From Candidatus Iainarchaeum sp. (lineage in GTDB: Archaea; Iainarchaeota; Iainarchaeia; Iainarchaeales; CSSED10-239), in NCBI GenBank assembly GCA_937968065.1, contig CALBUD010000033.1, positions 1 to 32,000 on the forward strand: a stretch of DNA of 32,000 bases, read 5' to 3'. Position 1 is the stretch's first letter; every line of letters begins with the position of its first letter. Below, one piece after another: positions 22,719 to 30,500 of this stretch. The position numbers and the translations under genes were made by a program. Under the pieces are notes generated by a model. That model was not told where the DNA came from, ran no database searches, and saw only the letters and a list, made by a program, of their open reading frames with translations.

Positions 22719-24395
22719 TCAATTACCATTTCCAGCAATACAAGCAGCAGGACCTGCTGTTTGTCCTTCATAACTTATACAGCTCCAATTATTATTGTTT
22801 AGAAGAGGAGAAGTAATTGTTGTAGAATCTAAAAAATATGGTTTAAAGTTATTGTTAAAACTATTTACATAACTATTATCATAAAAAGAAAAAGAAGTAA
22901 AATTATCTCTTAATTTTATATGAATATCAACAGAATCTTCTGAAACTATATATTTTGGATTTTCTTCTGTAAATTTTAATTCTATGTCTAATTGTGAAAG
23001 AGTATGACATACAAGATTTGAATTTAAAGGATCTGGTGAAATACCAGAAGTTATATCTGAAATAACAGAAGTTTTATTTTCATTATCAATTTTAAGTCCA
23101 AGATTTGATGCTTTATTAAAACTATTAGGATCAAAAGAAACAGAAGAAATTGAACCTACATTTTTTCCTGTAGCAATAGTGTTTACAACATTTTTTGTAA
23201 TCTTATTACTTGAAGTTATAGAAACATTATTTATTTTAAAATCATCTTGTCCAATAGTTCCATTTGTTGTTAATGAATTATTTCCTGCTCCCCCAGAATT
23301 AATAATATCATTTCTTCCTTGAAGATTACTTCTTAAAGTTGTTTCAACAAGATTTTTATAAGTATCTCTAGAATCAAAATCAGATAAATTATAACTAAAA
23401 GAAGAACTTAAGTTAACAATTGTTCCTGCTCTTGAAACATTTATACCAGAACCATTATTTGCAGAAAAGGAAGAAACAACAGGAAGAAGATTACATTCAT
23501 TTTGAAAACCATCTTTATTTGCAGTTTTAAATAAATCTTCTCTAGGTGCACAACTATCAATATCACACACACCTATCTTTGCACTATTTAAAGTATAATG
23601 AATATTTGGATTAAAAAAACCTCTTGAGTCTAATGATCTTCTAATTATAGTTGTTGTTTCTGGTTCTTTTTCAACATCTGCTGTTAAGGAAAAATTTCTT
23701 GCAGTTCTTAAAGCTTGAAAACCTCTCCAAGGAAGATATATTCTATATTCTCTTCTTGCAAAAACAGGTCTTTGCACAACTTCATTATCTCTTAATTTTT
23801 CAACAACAACCATTGGAAGTTTTTCATAATCCTGTGAAGATAAAGTTCTAGTATCTATTGTAAAATAAAGAGAACCTAAACAAATATTATCTTCTCTTTC
23901 ACATCTAACAACTTCTATTTTTTTATCTCCTGCAAGATTAAAAGATTCTTTAATAATTCTTGAAAGTTCTGTTCTATCATATTCAGGAATATTTAAAGAA
24001 TAACCAATCGGTGGATTTGAATATTGTAATGACTGTACAAGATTTTGTGCAAAGAAACTCTCAAATTGACTATCAAAAAAAATATCATTTGCAAAATACT
24101 CTATAAAATCATCCCAGCTAAGCATCAAATTATTTCTTGACACAACAATATGATTACTAGGATCACTTCTATGTGCAGCCCATTTTTCTCTAAAAGAAAC
24201 AACAAAAATATTAAAAGCATCTGCTCTTGAAAGATCAGCAATTGTTAAAAGATCTGAATTATTTGATTGATCTTCAATTAATGCTAAATAATTTTCTTCA
24301 GTTTGTACCATGTTGTAGATAAAAACTATAGTTATTGAAACAAGCATTAATGCAATCATTGCTGTAAAAAGATTAAATCCTTTTTGATTAAACAT
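22719..24395 (-). CDS. 558-aa protein with a type IV pilin-like (class III) signal peptide; a large pilin-like or pseudopilin-like surface protein (protein E)
   Basis: The ORF runs from ATG 24395..24393 to TGA 22721..22719, the only TGA stop in the window. AAGGA lies 9 nt upstream.

The N-terminus is MFNQKG|FNLFTAMIALMLVSITIVFIYNMV. It has a short polar leader ending in K-G, followed directly by a ~22-residue hydrophobic helix starting with F. That is the prepilin peptidase substrate layout. Position +5 is T, not the E typical of bacterial major pilins.

The rest is Asn/Ser-rich and I recognise no domain in it. Confidence 0.85.
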   Translation of the reverse strand: MFNQKGFNLFTAMIALMLVSITIVFIYNMVQTEENYLALIEDQSNNSDLLTIADLSRADAFNIFVVSFREKWAAHRSDPSNHIVVSRNNLMLSWDDFIEYFANDIFFDSQFESFFAQNLVQSLQYSNPPIGYSLNIPEYDRTELSRIIKESFNLAGDKKIEVVRCEREDNICLGSLYFTIDTRTLSSQDYEKLPMVVVEKLRDNEVVQRPVFARREYRIYLPWRGFQALRTARNFSLTADVEKEPETTTIIRRSLDSRGFFNPNIHYTLNSAKIGVCDIDSCAPREDLFKTANKDGFQNECNLLPVVSSFSANNGSGINVSRAGTIVNLSSSFSYNLSDFDSRDTYKNLVETTLRSNLQGRNDIINSGGAGNNSLTTNGTIGQDDFKINNVSITSSNKITKNVVNTIATGKNVGSISSVSFDPNSFNKASNLGLKIDNENKTSVISDITSGISPDPLNSNLVCHTLSQLDIELKFTEENPKYIVSEDSVDIHIKLRDNFTSFSFYDNSYVNSFNNNFKPYFLDSTTITSPLLNNNNWSCISYEGQTAGPAACIAGNGN

Positions 24396-24404
24396 TTTTA
24401 TTTT

Positions 24405-24409
24405 TCCTT
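24405..24409 (-). promoter_or_regulatory. Shine-Dalgarno-like AAGGA upstream of E
   Basis: The minus strand reads ACTTAAAGGAAAAATAAAA-ATG, giving a 9-nt spacer. Confidence 0.4.
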
Positions 24410-24486
24410 TAAGTTAAATATCTTTAATTTAAAAATATTAATTATATAGAAGTAGTTTATATTTTTATAAGTTTCTTTTTTTAATT

Positions 24487-24531
24487 AAAAAATATTTTTT
24501 AATAAAAAATAAAAAAAATTAATAAAAAAAG
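24487..24531 (-). terminator. Candidate oligo-T transcription stop after F
   Basis: The minus strand directly after the TAA (24534..24532) reads C-TTTTTTT-ATTAA-TTTTTTTT-A-TTTTTT-ATT-AAAAAA-TA-TTTTTT. That is four T-runs of 6-8 nt within 45 nt. TATA-like blocks follow (CTTATAAAAATATAAAC, TCTATATAATTAATA) that could serve E. Confidence 0.35.
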
Positions 24532-27500
24532 TTATTGTTCTTCTAAAACTACAGAACAATTATCAACATTTACAATTTCACTTGTAAAATCTTGAGTGTT
24601 AACTTCAGTATATGGAATAATATCTATTGTATATCTTGACTCATATTCATTATCTAAAGGTTCAATATAATTCATTTCTACAACATACAAGACATTCTTT
24701 TTAAACTCCATATTTTTTAAAAATTCAATTGAATAATTAAGATTTGTTTTTCCTGAACTTTTTAAATAATTATTTCCAGCAACATTTCCTAAAATACCAC
24801 ATCCAAGTCCTCTTATAAGTCCTGCTGAAAAGTTTGCTGTTTTTGCCCATCTTGTTTGTTTTGCTAAAAGAGGTATTTTTCCACTTGAATGAATATTTGT
24901 CATTTTAGTTACAACATCATTTGGTATATGCACTTGTGTTCCAACTCTTGTACCAGATCTTAGACCAGTTACAATATCATCTATTTGACTTTTTGAAGAC
25001 TCTAGTGCACTTTTTGTTTTATTTAATTGTGCAATTTTTTTAGCTCTGTTTGAAGTATATTTTTTAGATTGCAGATCTTTTATTTGTGTATCTATTTTTG
25101 CAAGATCATCAGAAAGTGTTTTTGCATGTCCATCAAATGTTTTTAAAAGATCATCATAATCAGTTGCATCAATTGCTTTAAGGTTTGGATCTATAGTTGC
25201 AGGAGGAGTTGTTCCTGGTGTTGCAGGTGTTGCAGCTCTAGAAATTTCATAATTATTTAATTTATTAAGATAACTTGTATCTTTTCCTTTAAAATATTTT
25301 ATTATATCTTCTTGAGATGACATTGTAGGAGGATATCCTTGTATACTACCATCAAATTTAGATCTACCTATAATTTCTAATAAATCATCTAATTGAGCAG
25401 ATGATATTTCTCTAAAATTTACTGTTGCAGCAGCTCCACTTCCTGTAACCACTTTAGGGTTGTCTAATAAAGACTTTACAGTATTATCTATAACATTAGG
25501 AGGTTTTGAAAAAGTAAATTGGGCTTGATTAATATTAAGTCCTGGAACAAGATTTCCATTTACATTTATTGTATTTGGATTTGGAAGATAGTTATTTGAC
25601 ATTGTTTTAACATAATTATTTAAATGATTAACCATTTTTCCACTTGGTGCTCTTGGTCTATTAACAATTGCAACACCAGTTCCACCAGTTCCAGGAGTTG
25701 TTGTTCCAGGAACTACAACATCTGCTGTTGCAGGCAAAGCATCAATTGCAGCTAAGTTCTTTGCAGAGAACAAAGCATCTTTACTTGTTGAAACACCAGC
25801 ATGCACACCACCAAACAAAGTACTTATTTTTTGAAGTGCATTTCCAAACACTTCAACAGTACTTGCAAGAGGACTAACTTCTGTTGCTAAGATTCTACTG
25901 AAAAAATCATCAATAGAATCAACAACACTTCCATCAGTCATAACATTCATCATTATTCCTGCAGCAGGTATACCACATGCAAACACACCACAATCAAAAA
26001 CAATTCCTTTAAACAAAGCAATCTGTCCAATAATAGGGATTAAAGAAAGTCCTGCATTAACACCAATAGAACAAAGAGCACAAGCTCCAAAGCAAGTTGC
26101 AAAGTAAGTTCCAGAATTGGTCAAAGCTTTATTCCATTTAGAGGTTGTTTTTTGAGAAGGATCTTTAATATCACATCCTAATTTTTCATATTCATAAAAC
26201 AATCTTTCATTATATTTATCACTAAGTATAAATTTTTCAAGAGAAGAACATAGAGCTTCTTTATCTTGGTTATTATAACCAGCAGACCAATCAACTAAAG
26301 CAGAAGCATATTTTGGAAATTGTTTATTTTCATTTTTATTATGTTCTGTTAAAATAATATTATAAGTTTCTTCAAGTAATTTTTCAGGTGTGATTGCACA
26401 AGTTTCAAGTTTAATAACTGATGTTGCATTTCTTTGTCCAATCTTACCTTCTCCAGAATAAATACTGTTTGCAACAACTTCAATTTCTTTACCAACAAGT
26501 TCAGGAATGTTATTAACAGACTCTGGTTTTACACAAACAAAAAAGTCAGCTTCTTTATTTTTTAAAACATTAACATTTATTGTTTCAGATAAAGAATCAT
26601 CAGCTCCTTTTTTAAAACCAACTGAAAGATTTGGAACTTGTGTTGAACTAATTCTTAATACTTCATCAATTGAAGAACTTATCTTTAAGTTAGTACAAGA
26701 TAAATCTTCATTTAAAGGTAAAGAAACATTTCTTGTTGTAAATTTTAAATCTCCAGCTTCAATAACTTTTAAGATAAGCATATAATCTTTATTTTCAGAA
26801 ACACAAACATCTGTTAAATATTCATTTTTAACAAACATAGAGCTTACAACATTTATAAAGTTTCTTGAAACATCTTCTGAAATTCCAAGTTCTGAAAGTT
26901 TATATTTTTCATTTAATAAAACATTTATTTGTTCAGGATTTGGAGTTTCAAGAACACGAAGATCATTAAAAGATATTTTTGCAAGAGCATTTTCATTTTC
27001 AGAAATATTTCCAACAGAGATGTTTAAGAAATTATTTCTTGTAGCACCTTCGCTTCTTCCAGAAACATAACGAAGATCAGGATCACTTCCAAACTTTCCT
27101 ATACCTTTAATCAAACCTTTTGAAAGTTCTTCATCTCCTGTAAATAATGTAAGCCAAGTTCCTTCTCTTTGATTCTTTGAAAGAGGAATATCCCAAGGAA
27201 GATAATTTAGATAATTAATAATATTTTTTTCACAAGTTTCTGTTTTTTCATAATCAACAACAGTTATATAATAGTAAGCTCTTTCAGGATAAATATAATC
27301 TGGACTTGCTGCAACAAAACCATCTATCTCAACTTTATATCTTCCACAACTTGTAAGTTCATTTGAAACAAAGATTTTATTTCCACCAGCATAAACACCT
27401 AAAGAACTAAATCCTTCAGTTGTCTTAAAAGGATTAACATCAATTAAATAATTTTTAAAATCATAATTTGATTTTGAAAGAACATGACGTATAAGATCTT

Positions 27501-30500
27501 GTGAGATTGAATCATTTTGCATATAGAAAGTAAACTCTAAAGGTCTAATATTTCCTCCAAGCTCAGATATTTTACAGAAACCTCTTTGTGCATCAACTAA
27601 AGAACAACCAGTGTTTAAAGTTTTTGCTTGTGCTTGAGAAGAAACTTGTTTAATTTGACTTTGAAGTTCATTTATCTTTTTTAAAATTAATTCTGAAGAA
27701 GAGTAAGCATCACAATAACCTGAGTTTTCAGTACAAAGATTTGAAGAAATTACAGGTCTTGAAAAAGAAGTTGTTTGTGTAACATCTTCACAGATAGGTA
27801 TTGTTGAAATTATTGAAACTTCTCTATCTCTTATTTGATCTGAAGTTAAATCTTCTATGTTTATAGAAACTAAGAAATCTTCAGAAGTTACAGGAAGTCT
27901 TGAAGTTAATAAGCTTCCAATTAAGATAACAGGCATGCTTGGAGAACCACCAAGTGCTGTTGCTCTAAGTTCTAAATTATAAGTTGCTGTTTGATTAGGG
28001 TAAATAATATTATTTCCACTTAAAGGAATTATTCTTAAAGGATTTGCACCAAATGTTTCAAAGTAAGAATCTTGTTTTTTATCAATACCGATAATTGAAA
28101 CAGGTTCTGCACAATAGTTTGTAACAGAAACATTTCTTGTTCTAACTTCTCCAACCTTTAAACTAAAATCTATTTTTTTATTACTTATCTTTAAACAGTT
28201 TGGAGAAGATATTGAAAAGATTAATTGTGTGGTTGCATGTATAGGGTTATTAACACCCATTGCTTTTCCTGTAACTGTTATAAGTCTATTTTCCATGGTT
28301 GATTGTGCAATATTTACTTTAAATTTTAAATCAACAGGAACTGACTTTCCTGGTTCAATAATTCCAATCTCTAAAGGGAAAGGTGTAACCTCTATGTTTG
28401 AAGTTACCATTTTTGGAGTTTGTCCAACATGAATATCTGTTATTGGAACAGAACCTATATTTTTTATAAAAAATCTTGCTGAGTTTTCTGCAGCTCTTTG
28501 TGGATGAAGTTGAGTCATTGGAACATTTACAATATCTGGAGTTATCATTAAAGCTCTACTTAAATCTATAAGATCAACATTTAAAGTTGAAGGAGAGATT
28601 GAATAAAAATTATTATGCCATAGGATATTATATTTATAAGTTATTGGTCTTGTTCTATTTGAACTATTTCTAATAATAACATCATATGCTTTTTCTTCAC
28701 CTGGAAGAATTGTCATGTGTGCTAAAGAAATTTCTAAATCATTGTTTGAAGAAGAAGAAGTTAAAACAGATTGTGGAGTAAAAGTTACTGCTTGTTCACA
28801 ATTGTTTTTAATAATATAAAAAGTTGTGTTTTCTGTACTCTCAGAAGTTGTAATTGGTTTTGAAGAATAATAAGTATAATAGTTTGGATCATTATAAACT
28901 AAAGTATTATCATTTCCAGTATAGTTTTGAACATAGTTTTGAGAGGTTAGATAATCATTATATGTGCTTTCTGTTTGATAAGGTGAAAGTAAAGGATTTT
29001 GTTGTTGGTTAATACCTGTATAATCATAATTATTTATTGGTGTATTAAAAATATCAGGAGGTGTATATTTAAGATTTAAACCAACAAAAGTATTTGCATG
29101 TTCTGTTATCTCTATACATTCATTTAAAAGAAGTCCTTTATTTATTCTTATAGGAACAACAGTTGTAACCTCTCTTGAACCAATAGTTGAGATTATTGGA
29201 ACATATGCAAAAGCTGTTGTAAAATTAAGATTGTTTGAAATAGTTACAACCACATCAAAATTCTGTGAATTTTTTCTATTAATAACATTTGCTCCTCTAA
29301 CATCTATAAAGATATCACTAGGACCATCTATCCAGATTGGTTCTCCAAACCTTATGTTGTTTGCAGGATATTCAGAATTATTATAAAGTGAAAAAAATTG
29401 TTGAGAAATCATCTGATCAAGACCAAAATTAATAACTATTTCTTTTGGTGTTAAAGTTAATAAAGAATTATCAACAATAAAGATTTCTTTTTCATAAGGG
29501 ATATATCCATAGCTTTCAACAACAACTAAAACTCTTGAAACATTAAATTTATTATCAATTGTATATCTTCCAGCTCTTCCAATAGTTCCAGAAGCTTTTG
29601 TTGAAGATATAAACGTTCCTCTCTCATCATAAAAACTAATAAAAGCATTATCTATTGGTGTTGAAGTTACTGAGTCAAAAACATCAATTGAAAATCTTGA
29701 ACCATAATCAATAAAAACATCAGGATTAAATATTACTCTCATTTCTTTATTATCATAAACATTAAAACTTATTCTTTCGTTGTATATCTCTTGATCTGTT
29801 AAAACACCTTTTGCTTTAAGATCAATATATGAAGTTCCTATCTCTTTTGCAATAAATGATAAATAAACTTTTTTTAAAACTCCTTCTGAAACATTTATTC
29901 CTTCTCTTGAAGCTTCAAAAATTGTAGTATAAAAATCAGGATTAATATTTTCAAATTTAGAATCTGAAAATAAATTTAATGAAACTAGAGGAAATGTTTT
30001 TGAAATTTCTGCAAAAAGACTTACTTGATTATTTTTTAATGAAAAGATACTTGTTTCAAGAACATAACTTTTATCTTTAATTGCAAAGAAATCTTCAACT
30101 GAAAATTCATTATCTCTATCATCAATAAACTTATGTGAGAAACAAAAGTCTCCTTTACAATCTAAAGGAACATCAAATAGATTAATTGAAACTTCTTTGG
30201 TGTCTGCATAAAGTGCTTCTTTTTGATTATTTGAATAACTTTGATTTAAGATAGGATCAATTGGATCTCTAAAATATAGTTTGTTTTCTTCAAATAAAAC
30301 TCTATAATTAAATTTTAATTTTGTGGAAGATAAATCAACAGCTCTAACCTTTACTCTTATTTGTTTGTTACCTAAAGAAACATCATCTATCCATTTTATC
30401 TCAAGCCATTTGTTTAAGACTTGTGAAGAACCTTCGTTTAAAACATCTATTGATTGTCTTCCTGGTAGTGGAGAAGGGTTATAGGTTGTCCCATATTTAA

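Noticed and set aside
1676-28432. All plus-strand ORFs in the six-frame track (62-115 aa, for example 18877..19224, 26507..26785 and 25668..25877)
   Set aside because: Each lies antisense inside a giant minus-strand ORF. None has a recognisable RBS or domain. Their translations are low-complexity mirror images of the sense-strand composition (F/L/S/K-rich, or Q/H/L-rich opposite the Gly/Thr/Pro patches). Long antisense ORFs are expected by chance in AT-rich genes that avoid TTA, CTA and TCA in one frame.
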